Origin: a virus | Taxonomy: Duplodnaviria; Caudoviricetes | Length of the DNA: 64,000 nucleotides | Virus record (IMG/VR): IMGVR_UViG_3300020047_013271 | Span: 4,476 to 68,475 of that record | Direction: 5' to 3' (one strand) | Part shown: positions 31,277 to 40,868 of the stretch, piece after piece | Layout of the letters: every line of letters starts with the position of its first letter | Position numbering within the stretch: position 1 is the first letter of the stretch | Notes under the pieces: model-generated | What the model was told of the DNA's origin: nothing | Seen by the model: only the letters and a program-made list of their open reading frames with translations | Database searches by the model: none | Program-made: the position numbers and the translations under genes

Positions 31277-32407
31277 TTATACTTTAGTGTTTCCAAGCAA
31301 TGTGTAAACCTGAGTAGCAACATCTCGCTCTAAATAGGCACAATCGTGTTGTCTGTTGATTCTAAGCCCACTTATTGCATTTTCTATCGTAACCCCCGAA
31401 GCTCCTAATAATGAAACTTCTCCGGCGCCTTTTCTAACGAACCCAACATTAAACTTACTTCTCAATCCGGTTGACGGAACTGTGATTGTTATATTCGAGG
31501 AGTTTTTAAGGTTTATGACGAAATTATTATCAGAATCCGCAAGCGTAAAACTTGCACTTGTTTCTCGTTGTAGGTTATTAGAATTTATTTTACCGTTAAT
31601 ATGTTCGGCTTTCCAATATCCATCTCCCACATGAGTGAATCTATACGAAACATTTATAGGAAGAGTAATGGACGAAACATAAGAACTCACATCTTCAACG
31701 GACATGAAAGCAGTATTTGCTGAATTTGCACGAACTACGATTAAATCACTATAAGTGAATACTACTATTTCTTTTCCTATCTCAGTTGTGGTTGGTAAAT
31801 AAGTAATTCCATTCGTAAATGAAACGTGATTAAAGTCAGACGGTAAAACTGTTGGGGTAGCCGAAGCAGAATATGTTGAAACAGTTTTAGCCACTGCCGT
31901 TGCATTTGTACCATTTGTTCCGTTAGTTCCATTTGTTCCTGCAACTCCTTGCGGACCGGTTGCACCTTGAACTCCTTGCGGTCCCTGAATTCCTTGCGCT
32001 CCTTGTGGTCCAGTAGCACCTATTGAAGTAGGCAATGTGATAAAATCAGTCGTTAAAACTAATGGTAAATCAATACCCACACTTCTATTTTGTAGTTTCA
32101 GTATCGACTTTACGCCATTAAGATTCACGATTACTACATGATATTGGTCAACAATGAATACCGGATCTAAATTATTTAGCACTGCTGCATGAGTAGCATA
32201 CAACTCTCCTGAATAAGTAATTTCAGTAAATCTCAAAACTCCACCGGTCAAAGGAGAAAGCCCACTTATAAAGTAAGATTTCAGTTGTCCGAGTAAAAAG
32301 TTCTTCGTTTTTTTCGCTAAAGAGTTTCCGTCAGTTCCTATTAAAGAATCTAAATCCGAAACATCTGCATCTACAATGTAAATTTCATCATTACTTATTT
32401 TTGCCAT
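31277..32407 (-). CDS. tail fibre protein with collagen-like repeat
   Basis: GATGPQGAQGIQGPQGVQGATGPQGVAGTNGTNGTNG Gly-X-Y run. Confidence 0.7.
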   Translation of the reverse strand: MAKISNDEIYIVDADVSDLDSLIGTDGNSLAKKTKNFLLGQLKSYFISGLSPLTGGVLRFTEITYSGELYATHAAVLNNLDPVFIVDQYHVVIVNLNGVKSILKLQNRSVGIDLPLVLTTDFITLPTSIGATGPQGAQGIQGPQGVQGATGPQGVAGTNGTNGTNGTNATAVAKTVSTYSASATPTVLPSDFNHVSFTNGITYLPTTTEIGKEIVVFTYSDLIVVRANSANTAFMSVEDVSSYVSSITLPINVSYRFTHVGDGYWKAEHINGKINSNNLQRETSASFTLADSDNNFVINLKNSSNITITVPSTGLRSKFNVGFVRKGAGEVSLLGASGVTIENAISGLRINRQHDCAYLERDVATQVYTLLGNTKV

Positions 32408-32411
32408 CGTC

Positions 32412-33083
32412 TTATCTTTTTATATCAAATATTGAAATATTATACCCAACCCATATTGTTTGATTCGTGTCAAAACTCCCTGATATTATATTTCCTTTTC
32501 GATTCTGAAACATGATATTTGCTCTTAATTTAAAAGCGTCTAACTGAGTAGTGTTTCCAACTTCAACTCCCGCCAAAAGTCTAAACGCCGTTTCTTTCAC
32601 TTTTACCGGAACTTCGATTTTCTTTTCTTTGATGGTGTAGTTCGGTGTAATTTCTTTGACTTCGCCCTGGACAATTCCGTTAATATTTAAAGTCAAATTT
32701 TCATCCTCAAACTTGGTAGAGAATTTATTGAGTTGAATTGCCTTATTAAATGACAATTGCTTAATACTATCATTAGCTTTGGCAAAATCCTTTTTTAGTT
32801 TTTCGTTTTCTGCGATGAGTTTTTTATCGATTGGGTTTTCTTTATAAACCGTTTCACCTTTTTTTAATTGTGGCGATTTTGCCTTATTTAAAATTGGCTC
32901 ATTAACTGGCTTTTTAGCTTCAAAAGTTCCTTTTACTTCCGGAACTACTACTTTGGCGGTTACTATAGTTTCATCACCAGTTTTACAGCTTCGGAAAACA
33001 AAAAAAAGTAACACTATAATTACAATGTTTTTCCAATAATCAAAAAAAAGCGATTTCAATATTGCGGTGTCTATTTTATTCAT
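32412..33083 (-). CDS. membrane-anchored coiled-coil protein (spanin-like candidate)
   Basis: N-terminal TM helix ending FRSC, coiled coil and beta-rich C-terminus; adjacent to the endolysin. Confidence 0.45.
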   Translation of the reverse strand: MNKIDTAILKSLFFDYWKNIVIIVLLFFVFRSCKTGDETIVTAKVVVPEVKGTFEAKKPVNEPILNKAKSPQLKKGETVYKENPIDKKLIAENEKLKKDFAKANDSIKQLSFNKAIQLNKFSTKFEDENLTLNINGIVQGEVKEITPNYTIKEKKIEVPVKVKETAFRLLAGVEVGNTTQLDAFKLRANIMFQNRKGNIISGSFDTNQTIWVGYNISIFDIKR

Positions 33084-33092
33084 GATATATTT

Positions 33093-33638
33093 TTAGATTA
33101 AGTTTTCGTAACGCTCTACAATTTCAGCTATTTTTAAAGCCAACTGTTTTTTATTCAATTCATATTTTCTTAGATCATTTGCATTTGAGATAAAACACAA
33201 TTCAAGCAAAGAAACAATCCCTTGTTCACGCATTAAACCAAGACTTCCTCTATGGCTATCAGATTCAGACAATACACCTCTATTTTTAATTCCAAGTACT
33301 AACGAGCAAGTTTCTACTAATTCTTTGGCAAAAGCCGTGTCTAATCGGTCTGCATCGTTTCCGATTAAGGAAGTTGTTCCGGTGGCCAACGGCGAAGCTG
33401 CTGCATCAAAATGAAATTCTAATACAACAGAACCGTTTCCGGTTTTTATTCTTTCCAGATAAGCGCCAAGCCTTTCATCGTCATTATCTGTGATTACTTT
33501 TATTTTTCTTTTTAGCAATTCTTGAACTACAAGGTTTTTAAACTCTACTGCTAAATCTGCTTCATGAAACCCGTTTCCAATGGCACCTGGGTCTTTCTTG
33601 ATTCCTTTAGGATTATGTCCTGCGCTAATGAATATCAT
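33093..33638 (-). CDS. endolysin, N-acetylmuramoyl-L-alanine amidase (Amidase_3)
   Basis: ISAGH, E, LEFHFDA, SLLELCFISN zinc-amidase motifs. Confidence 0.9.
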   Translation of the reverse strand: MIFISAGHNPKGIKKDPGAIGNGFHEADLAVEFKNLVVQELLKRKIKVITDNDDERLGAYLERIKTGNGSVVLEFHFDAAASPLATGTTSLIGNDADRLDTAFAKELVETCSLVLGIKNRGVLSESDSHRGSLGLMREQGIVSLLELCFISNANDLRKYELNKKQLALKIAEIVERYENLI

Positions 33639-33644
33639 AATTAT

Positions 33645-34085
33645 TTATTTTTCGATTATATCCGTTACACTTGTCTTCACCTCTTTGGCACGACCTAAAG
33701 CTTTTTTAACTAATGCCCAAACATCAAGTCCGGTTGCACTTTCAAAATTTTCTTTTATCGAAACTCCTTCAATGAAAATCAATAGAATCGCACATATTTT
33801 TGTACAAAAAAATGATATCGAAAACCAAAACTGGAAAAACTCCGAAAGAATAAAGAAATCAATTACATATAGACAAATAATACACATCTGATACAAAAGC
33901 ATCTTTGACACTATCTCGCTTAACCTACGGCTTGTAACGAAGTGCCAACCTCTAATTTTTACGGAACGATAAATACCAAAAGCGGTATCAAGCAAAATGG
34001 CAGAACCCACAGCTACCATTAAGCCGGTTATTGGTGCGAAAAATAAGCATGTAGCTGTTAGAAGGTAAATTAAGTATGTTTTCAT
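33645..34085 (-). CDS. holin
   Basis: Three TM segments; LDTAFGI...SRRLS and E..SIKEN motifs of phage holin family 4; directly upstream of the amidase. Confidence 0.8.
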   Translation of the reverse strand: MKTYLIYLLTATCLFFAPITGLMVAVGSAILLDTAFGIYRSVKIRGWHFVTSRRLSEIVSKMLLYQMCIICLYVIDFFILSEFFQFWFSISFFCTKICAILLIFIEGVSIKENFESATGLDVWALVKKALGRAKEVKTSVTDIIEK

Positions 34086-34118
34086 GTGGGGCTTTTTTTA
34101 GTTGAGTTTATTTTTAAG

Positions 34119-36518
34119 TTAAAAGACAATCATTTTAATACCGGTAGAAGTTCTATACTCACAACCTATTGGCAAGCCTCCAGCGATAGCTAATGCATTA
34201 CTTTCATAAACTGGAATTGAAGTATAGACATGATATCCGTTTTCATCTATATATTCTCGTAGGGTTTCTACTTGCATATCAGTTCCTGACGCTGTTTTTT
34301 GACCAGTATATACCTCATAACGGCTTTTTCCTGTGCCTTTTCCTGTTCCTGCATATTGCTTCAATGTACCCCCATCTAAATCAGCAGTTCCAACTGTATC
34401 ATTATTCTGCATATAAATACTTCCACTCATCAAAGCCACATATACGTTCCCATTTGGGGCTACTGTAATACCATACTTGTCAGTTGTACCTTGCCCTAAA
34501 GCTACGAATGTCCCCGTTCCGTTTGTCTGTTTGTAAATATCAGAACCATGACCAGTAGCATATACATTATTATTAGGAGCTGTTGCCATTGCTGTTAAGT
34601 TTACACCTAATGTACTAACCTGATTAAAGTTTCCAGTTCCCCCAGTTTGCATATATATTCCGCCAAACTGTACGGCTGCATAAACATCTCCATTAGACTT
34701 AGTAGTCATACCATACCAAGATCTTGATATCTGTCCTAAAGCTACAAATGCCCCCGTTCCATTAGTTTGCATGTAAATATCCCCATTATTTACAGCAGCA
34801 TATACGTTCCCATTTGGGGCAACACATATAGAATAATACGCTCTTGTAGTTAAACCTAACGATACAAATGCCCCCGTTCCATTAGTTTGCATGTAAATTT
34901 GATTACTTCCTGCCACATATACATTTCCATTCGGATGTATTGCCATACCTCTTGCTGTACTTGCGCCAAGACTAATCGCTTGAGATACAAAAGCGCCTGT
35001 ATGATTTGTCTGTATATATAAAGTAGAACCTCCATCACCTGCCACATATACATTTCCATTTGTATGAGAAGCCATTCCATACCAAGAGCCAACTGTTCCG
35101 GGAACTATTAGAAAATTAGTATCAGGAACAAAATTAATTGCTCTTCCTGCTCTAAAAGATAAGTTACGGCCTGGTATTGTATTATCTGATTGTTCTACTC
35201 CAATTTCTCTATTTGCTTGATTACCTAAAGTGATATCCTTTGTTGGAGCATAAGTAGTTCCTATTCCAAAAAAAGTTCCAGTATCCCATAAACGAGATAA
35301 CCCCATAGTAATACCTCCAGTTAAGAATTTTGGTAGATAGTTTACAATACCACCAGTAGGAATAGCCATTTTATTAGTATTCACACTTGCTATGTCTGTT
35401 AAATCAGCAAGAGTTCCATTACGGTCTTGCAAAGTATAAGTTCTTGAAGCCGTATTCGAGTTGGTAAAAAAAGAAGTGAATGTATCGGCAATATTTCTAA
35501 GTCCTAATTTACCGGCTAAAAAAGTTTTTAATCCGGAAACTGTTTGCTGAGATACTAAAACCATATCACCAACTCCGCTATCACCTTCTTCAAGAGTAGT
35601 TATTCTATCGCTTAATAATGCGTCTTTTGCGTTTACATAATCAATAGTAGCGTAATTACTCAAATCAATAGGCTCTACAGATTCTATTCCTGCGTCGCCT
35701 ACGATACAAAAAGTAATATATAATGTATCTATTGGAGTTAATTCTTGTATAGGGCTTCCGATAGTTTCGGTGCCTGTTACTACTTGAAAAGTACCGGAAG
35801 TATTTAGGACAAAAGAGTCAATTCTTTTTTTGCCTACCGAAGCAGGAGCGATTGGTTTTGTGACACTTGATGGATTTGTATAACCCACATTCTTTATTAA
35901 CCAAGTCCAAGAAGGATTGAATGTGATAGTAGTTTCGGTAGAAGTGTATCCTGTTTGAGTGACTATTTTATTGAATTCCGGAAGAGTAATGGCTAAATCT
36001 GATGAGCTTAATTCGAAGTCAAAAAAGTAAACATTAAAGTTTGTTAGTTCCGGTAATGAAGCGTTGTTCATTTCTACTGCAACGTCTAATATGAAATAGC
36101 TCTCAAACTCTGTAGCATCTGTAATCCTAAAATAAACAGCGTTACTTAGATTACTTGAGTTACGGAGTTTCATTAAAAACGATTCTCTATTTACAGAAAC
36201 AAATCGAAACAAGTCCGACATGTTTGTTTCATGAAAATTATTTTTGTTGATGTAAAGCTTTGAAATATTGGCGATTGTAGTTTCGTTTTCGGCGGATAAG
36301 AAAACTCCTTCCGTCAAAACTGTCAAATCTATATTAGAATCTGTCCTAAACCTATAACTTAATGCTGTTGATCCGTTTATTTCCCCTATTAGTTTTGCTC
36401 CTGACTCAAAATCAAAGTTTATAGTCTTTCCGTTATTTTCACTATCCGAACCCACAAAGTAATCTTTGCGAACGGGGATTTTTATTGGATAGGCTGACTT
36501 CTTAGATATTTTTGTCAT
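34119..36518 (-). CDS. tail fibre/receptor-binding protein with beta-propeller repeats
   Basis: About six 40-aa repeats PNGNVY.A...IYMQTNGTGAFV.LG. Confidence 0.7.
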   Translation of the reverse strand: MTKISKKSAYPIKIPVRKDYFVGSDSENNGKTINFDFESGAKLIGEINGSTALSYRFRTDSNIDLTVLTEGVFLSAENETTIANISKLYINKNNFHETNMSDLFRFVSVNRESFLMKLRNSSNLSNAVYFRITDATEFESYFILDVAVEMNNASLPELTNFNVYFFDFELSSSDLAITLPEFNKIVTQTGYTSTETTITFNPSWTWLIKNVGYTNPSSVTKPIAPASVGKKRIDSFVLNTSGTFQVVTGTETIGSPIQELTPIDTLYITFCIVGDAGIESVEPIDLSNYATIDYVNAKDALLSDRITTLEEGDSGVGDMVLVSQQTVSGLKTFLAGKLGLRNIADTFTSFFTNSNTASRTYTLQDRNGTLADLTDIASVNTNKMAIPTGGIVNYLPKFLTGGITMGLSRLWDTGTFFGIGTTYAPTKDITLGNQANREIGVEQSDNTIPGRNLSFRAGRAINFVPDTNFLIVPGTVGSWYGMASHTNGNVYVAGDGGSTLYIQTNHTGAFVSQAISLGASTARGMAIHPNGNVYVAGSNQIYMQTNGTGAFVSLGLTTRAYYSICVAPNGNVYAAVNNGDIYMQTNGTGAFVALGQISRSWYGMTTKSNGDVYAAVQFGGIYMQTGGTGNFNQVSTLGVNLTAMATAPNNNVYATGHGSDIYKQTNGTGTFVALGQGTTDKYGITVAPNGNVYVALMSGSIYMQNNDTVGTADLDGGTLKQYAGTGKGTGKSRYEVYTGQKTASGTDMQVETLREYIDENGYHVYTSIPVYESNALAIAGGLPIGCEYRTSTGIKMIVF

Positions 36519-36536
36519 TAGTTAATTTTATTCTCA

Positions 36537-36578
36537 CAAAAGTAAGGATTATTAATTTACAAACGTTTGTTGTCGTTT
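36537..36578 (-). promoter_or_regulatory. late-type promoter for the fibre/lysis operon
   Basis: CAAAAGTA then TTACAAACGTTTGTTGTCGTTT on + strand, same spacing as the other sites. Confidence 0.7.
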
Positions 36579-36585
36579 AAATACA

Positions 36586-38556
36586 TTAAATTTTGCTAAT
36601 TACTCCGGTTATACATCGAGCTATAAGTTTATATCCTTCGGTATTTGGGTGTACATTATCAGGGTTATCTGGAAATGGTGATGTTGGACTTAAAGTATTA
36701 GCCGTGAATAGCTCCCAGTTATAGTCATTAATTCCAGAATTATGGTATAGGTCAACAACTGGAATTCCGTAAAACCCACAAATTTCCTTTAATTTAATTG
36801 CAAATGTTTCTAATGTTTGGCCACTTCCGACTGGATATTCTTGACCTCCATTATAATCGTTATATCCATATTTACCGACTTTGTGAGGCGCAATAAATAC
36901 AATTCTTATATCTTTTCTACTAACCGCATTAGCCAAAGAATATAATTTATCAATTACGTATCGATAACGGCCACAAACTGTATTTTGTGTCGGGTACATA
37001 TCCGTAACGTTGCCTATCGATGTAAGCCTATCGTTTAAGCCCCCAAAAAAAGTAACAATATTAATATCTGTCAATTCTGATGCCGTCAATGCAGAATACC
37101 CATTGCTATCACCGTCTATAATCTGAATAATTCCAAGACCTCCTTTTGCTTTAGTTCTAACTTCTGAAAGACCTAATCCATTTTTAACATCATTCTGATA
37201 TCCTAATGACGCTGTAACGCTATCTCCTAAACATAACATTTTTTTATCTTTCCATAAAAAAAATGAATCTACTGATTTATTATAAAAACTAACGACCTTA
37301 TTATTTTGATTTTTCTTTATTTCAGAAATTGAAAATGCTTCGTAAGTCGTTGATGTACTTCCAAACTCAACCTGAATTAAATCAAATGCTGTATAATAAT
37401 CTTCTATTCGGATAAACATACATTTTGCATCAGTTGTAAATGTAGTCTGAACTTGTGGCGAAACTGAAACGTAAGTATTCGGAATAAAAACTTTGTTTTC
37501 ATCATACTGACAATAATTGTGGACACGACTCATGGAAACTTGTACTGAAGGAGAAACCCTTACGTAATCACTTGTTTTAAAAGTTGAGCTTGTGGTTGTC
37601 AATCCAGCGCTTCCTAAAACACCAAAAACCCCCATTGAATAATCAAAAATATTTTTACCAATTTCAATTACAAAACTTTTCTCAGATAGCGCTACAACAT
37701 CACTATCCTTCGCATATTTTGGAAGGTCTAATTGTGAAGATTTCAAGACTAATCGGAACGCTTCATACGTAGTTATTGAAGTACCCACTTCTAGCTGAAA
37801 AATATCTAAACCAGCTACTGTATTGTCCAAAGATACTCTTACGTATTCAACACCTGCTGGCACAGTGAATGTCTTAGAGTCAACAGAGGCCCCACCCGAA
37901 ACATATACTTTACTTGAGTTGAAATACGTAACGTATCTCATGTTTTTATTAGAAATATAAGCAGATAGCGGAGTGACTTTTATATAATCTGAAACGTTAT
38001 AAGCAGCATTAACACTCAAAACATTAGTATTTGATAATCTATATCCGGCAGTAATCGTATTTCTATTAAACTTGTTTTTACCAACTTCTAAATCAGCTTT
38101 GTTAGTTATATCTAAAGAAGTTTGCGATATGGTAAAAACCCCTGAAATTCTTGAAATCTCTGCACGGCTATTAGCGCTAACTACAACTCCTCCAAAATTA
38201 GTGTACGTTCCGGCTTGGCTTGCAATCCAAAAAGCATCTTCTGTTCCGGTAGGGGTGTCGGTAGGAACAGCAGTTCCTTTGAATTTAGGTGATGCTAACA
38301 AATGAAGAGTATTTATGATTGTATTTAGTTTTGTAAATGCGTCGTCAACATTCGAAGGAATTACGCCGTCGATTGTGCTAATTTGGTCGAAAGACAAAAA
38401 CCTCAAAAACTGCCCATTCTCATAAATCCAAAAACTTCCATTTTCTAATGTTATGTTTGGGTCATTAAGAGAGGTTACTTCGGGAGCGTACTTACCACTT
38501 TCGGTATCTAACGTGATTATTAGATTAGTACTATCTTTTGAAAATGAATATTTCAT
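36586..38556 (-). CDS. tail spike with C-terminal SGNH/GDSL esterase domain
   Basis: LGDSVT (block I), GGLND (block III), D.VHP (block V); two GKN.F modules upstream. Confidence 0.8.
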   Translation of the reverse strand: MKYSFSKDSTNLIITLDTESGKYAPEVTSLNDPNITLENGSFWIYENGQFLRFLSFDQISTIDGVIPSNVDDAFTKLNTIINTLHLLASPKFKGTAVPTDTPTGTEDAFWIASQAGTYTNFGGVVVSANSRAEISRISGVFTISQTSLDITNKADLEVGKNKFNRNTITAGYRLSNTNVLSVNAAYNVSDYIKVTPLSAYISNKNMRYVTYFNSSKVYVSGGASVDSKTFTVPAGVEYVRVSLDNTVAGLDIFQLEVGTSITTYEAFRLVLKSSQLDLPKYAKDSDVVALSEKSFVIEIGKNIFDYSMGVFGVLGSAGLTTTSSTFKTSDYVRVSPSVQVSMSRVHNYCQYDENKVFIPNTYVSVSPQVQTTFTTDAKCMFIRIEDYYTAFDLIQVEFGSTSTTYEAFSISEIKKNQNNKVVSFYNKSVDSFFLWKDKKMLCLGDSVTASLGYQNDVKNGLGLSEVRTKAKGGLGIIQIIDGDSNGYSALTASELTDINIVTFFGGLNDRLTSIGNVTDMYPTQNTVCGRYRYVIDKLYSLANAVSRKDIRIVFIAPHKVGKYGYNDYNGGQEYPVGSGQTLETFAIKLKEICGFYGIPVVDLYHNSGINDYNWELFTANTLSPTSPFPDNPDNVHPNTEGYKLIARCITGVISKI

Positions 38557-38599
38557 ATTGATTTTTGTTTGTTTTTCTTGCTCAAATACTTAGTAATGA

Positions 38600-38662
38600 C
38601 AAAGATATAAATTAAAAGACAACAAACGTTTGTTGTCTTTTAAAAAATATTGTATTTTTGCT
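38600..38662. promoter_or_regulatory. divergent promoter with a perfect 32-bp palindrome (38612-38643)
   Basis: TTAAAAGACAACAAAC|GTTTGTTGTCTTTTAA flanked by a TAnnTTTG box on each strand. Confidence 0.8.
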
Positions 38663-38686
38663 GTAATTAATCTAATCAAAATAAAT

Positions 38687-40288
38687 ATGAGTAACACAAT
38701 TTTACGCCAAGTCGTATCAGGTGACGAGGCAAAGCAAAAGCTATTGTCAGGATTAAATAAAAGCTGTGACATAGTTTCGGATACAATGGGTTATCGAGGG
38801 AACAATAATTTATTTGAAACAGTAGGTGGATTACCTAACATTACAAGTGACGGCTGGGATTCATTAGAACAGCTCTTTTGGGAAGACCCGATGGAACACA
38901 TAGCTTGTGAACTATTAAAAGAAGCTTGTAAAAAGACCTTTGAAATCGTAGGAGACAACACAACACTTACTTGTGTATTAGTCCAGGCTTTCTTCAAAAA
39001 CTCTTTGGAGGAATTAAAAAAAGGAACCTCTTCGATTGAAATCAAGCAACGTATTGATGAATCAGTAGAAAAGATATTAGCTTACATTGATAGCATTGCC
39101 GTTCCGGTAGATGATAAATTAATGTATGATATTGCCAAAACTTCGGCACATGGCGATGATACAATCGCTCAAATTGTTCAAGAGGCGTTCATCAAAGCAG
39201 GAGAGTTCGGAATTGTATCTCACAAACGAAGCTTTACCGACGAAACTTTTATCGAACATATTGCAGGAAATCCTATTGACGCCGGTTACGCAAATGAAGG
39301 ATTTATCAATGTAAATGATACGCAATCAGTAGTTTTTGACAATCCATTAGTACTTTGTTCACTGATTAATTTTCAAACCGCCAACGAAGTTATTCCTTTC
39401 TTAGAATATGCTTCACAACAAAACAGACCATTAGTGCTTATCGCTAATATGGAGCATGATATTTCTAACATGATTTTGACAAATGTACAGAATAGTAAGT
39501 ACCCATTCTGTATTATAAAACCACCGTATCAAGGTAAAAAAGGTCGTGAAACAATGGCTGATTTAGCATTGGTTTTTGGCTGTGAAGTTTTGCAGGGAAT
39601 CACTCGTACAAACTACGACGGTAAAGAGCAATTGTATCTTGGTTCATGTGAGCGTATCGAGATTGGTAAAAAAGATTCTGTAATCACACCAAGCAAAACT
39701 CTTGACAAAGAAAAACGTGATGGTAAAATTAAAGACCTTACAGCGCAGATAAAACTTCAAACTAATGAAGGTGAGAAAAACTATTTACGTGAGCGTATCG
39801 CTAAGATTTCAGGCGGAATTTCAACTATTATGGTCGGAGGTGTAACGCCAAGTGAAGTTGAGGAGAAAGTAGCAAGAGTTGATGATGCTTGTTGTGCCGT
39901 TAGAGCTTCTAAAGATGGAGGAGTAGTGTCGGGTGGAGGAACTGTATTATTTGCTTCTACTAATTTAAAAGTAGATAGGGTTACTAAAAATTCTATTATT
40001 GCTCCTATATGCAAGATACTTGATAACGCAAGTGTAAAGCATAACTTAAAAGTAAAAAATAAATTCTTGAGACTTTTTTATAGACCTATTATGACAAGCC
40101 GATCAGCTTGTTTCGGTATTGGCTACGACGTAAAAGAATATAAAGAAGTAAACATGTTCGACGCCGGAATACTTGACACCGCAAAAGGAATTAAAAACGC
40201 CTTGATTAATGCTGTTTCTGCCTCGAATAACTTACTACGTACAAATAATGCGATAACCTTAAAAAGATTTGGACAAGATGGAAAATAA
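38687..40288 (+). CDS. groL: chaperonin GroEL-like (start re-called at MSNTIL)
   Basis: TMGYRG.N, ITSDG, GD.TT, ERIAKISGGI..I.VGG.T..E..EK..RVDDA, GVVSGGG and GILD motifs. Confidence 0.92.
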   Translation: MSNTILRQVVSGDEAKQKLLSGLNKSCDIVSDTMGYRGNNNLFETVGGLPNITSDGWDSLEQLFWEDPMEHIACELLKEACKKTFEIVGDNTTLTCVLVQAFFKNSLEELKKGTSSIEIKQRIDESVEKILAYIDSIAVPVDDKLMYDIAKTSAHGDDTIAQIVQEAFIKAGEFGIVSHKRSFTDETFIEHIAGNPIDAGYANEGFINVNDTQSVVFDNPLVLCSLINFQTANEVIPFLEYASQQNRPLVLIANMEHDISNMILTNVQNSKYPFCIIKPPYQGKKGRETMADLALVFGCEVLQGITRTNYDGKEQLYLGSCERIEIGKKDSVITPSKTLDKEKRDGKIKDLTAQIKLQTNEGEKNYLRERIAKISGGISTIMVGGVTPSEVEEKVARVDDACCAVRASKDGGVVSGGGTVLFASTNLKVDRVTKNSIIAPICKILDNASVKHNLKVKNKFLRLFYRPIMTSRSACFGIGYDVKEYKEVNMFDAGILDTAKGIKNALINAVSASNNLLRTNNAITLKRFGQDGK

Positions 40289-40574
40289 ATTCAAAGGAAA
40301 AGCACTAAATCTAATCGTAATAGTCGAAGAGGTTTTCAACGAGAATAAAACAGCTTCAGGATTTGATTTAAGCGGAGTAGTAGATGCTAATGAAAAGCAG
40401 AAGAGGGGTAAGGTAGTTTCGGTAGGTACTGAATGTCCAAAACTCAGCGATGGAAAATACACTATCGAAGTAGGTTGTGAGGTTATTTTTGACAAGTTCA
40501 AGATGACTCCATTTACTCAAGATGGAATACAGTATATCATGGTCGATTATAGAGACCTAGTTTGGGTTGGATAA
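40269..40574 (+). CDS. groS: co-chaperonin GroES-like
   Basis: KT.SG..L, RGKVVSVG, IEVG.EVIFDKF and terminal YRDLV motifs; overlaps the end of groEL. Confidence 0.8.
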   Translation: MDKMENKFKGKALNLIVIVEEVFNENKTASGFDLSGVVDANEKQKRGKVVSVGTECPKLSDGKYTIEVGCEVIFDKFKMTPFTQDGIQYIMVDYRDLVWVG

Positions 40575-40588
40575 CTTAGATTTTAATC

Positions 40589-40627
40589 AAAAAGCCCCGC
40601 TTCTATAACATGAAGACGGGGCTTTTT
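40589..40627. terminator. bidirectional terminator
   Basis: AAAAAGCCCCG-loop-CGGGGCTTTTT. Confidence 0.85.
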
Positions 40628-40632
40628 TAGTT

Positions 40633-40863
40633 TTAAGCAAATAAACTTTTCACAGCATACATACAGCTTGTTTCAAGTTCTGTTTGTGCAATTGAAATGC
40701 ATCTTGCGTCTTTACCGTCAGCTTTCATGGCTTCTAAATCATCTATCAAATCAGCATACTTTTGTTTTAAAGTTTCAATGATTGGATTTGCACTTGGATT
40801 AAAGTTTCTTTGAACTCTTTTTGTGCCTAATGTACTAATGTACCCTAACTTTTCTTCTACCAT
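40633..40863 (-). CDS. Acb2/Tad1-like helical-hairpin protein (putative immune-signal sponge)
   Basis: RV...FNPS....I..LKQ..A.LID...RCISIAQTELETSCMYAVKS resembles the Acb2/Tad1 hairpin (R.L.IA.T.LE.A.MWA.KA). Confidence 0.55.
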   Translation of the reverse strand: MVEEKLGYISTLGTKRVQRNFNPSANPIIETLKQKYADLIDDLEAMKADGKDARCISIAQTELETSCMYAVKSLFA

Positions 40864-40868
40864 AATTA

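Noticed and set aside
34743-34898. 36-bp identical direct repeat, 120 bp apart, resembling a CRISPR repeat or a DGR TR/VR pair
   Set aside because: Both copies are in-frame blades of the beta-propeller fibre; there are no cas genes or reverse transcriptase and no adenine-specific variation.
38687-40288. groEL as evidence of host chromosome flank
   Set aside because: It is highly divergent, in groEL-groES order (reverse of the usual bacterial operon), driven from a phage-type promoter motif and surrounded by phage genes.
3174-40574. Numerous opposite-strand ORFs in the track (e.g. 5047-5664, 6820-7260, 27667-28149, 38791-39045)
   Set aside because: Shadow frames of long genuine genes; Phe/Ser/Leu-rich and without promoters or motifs.
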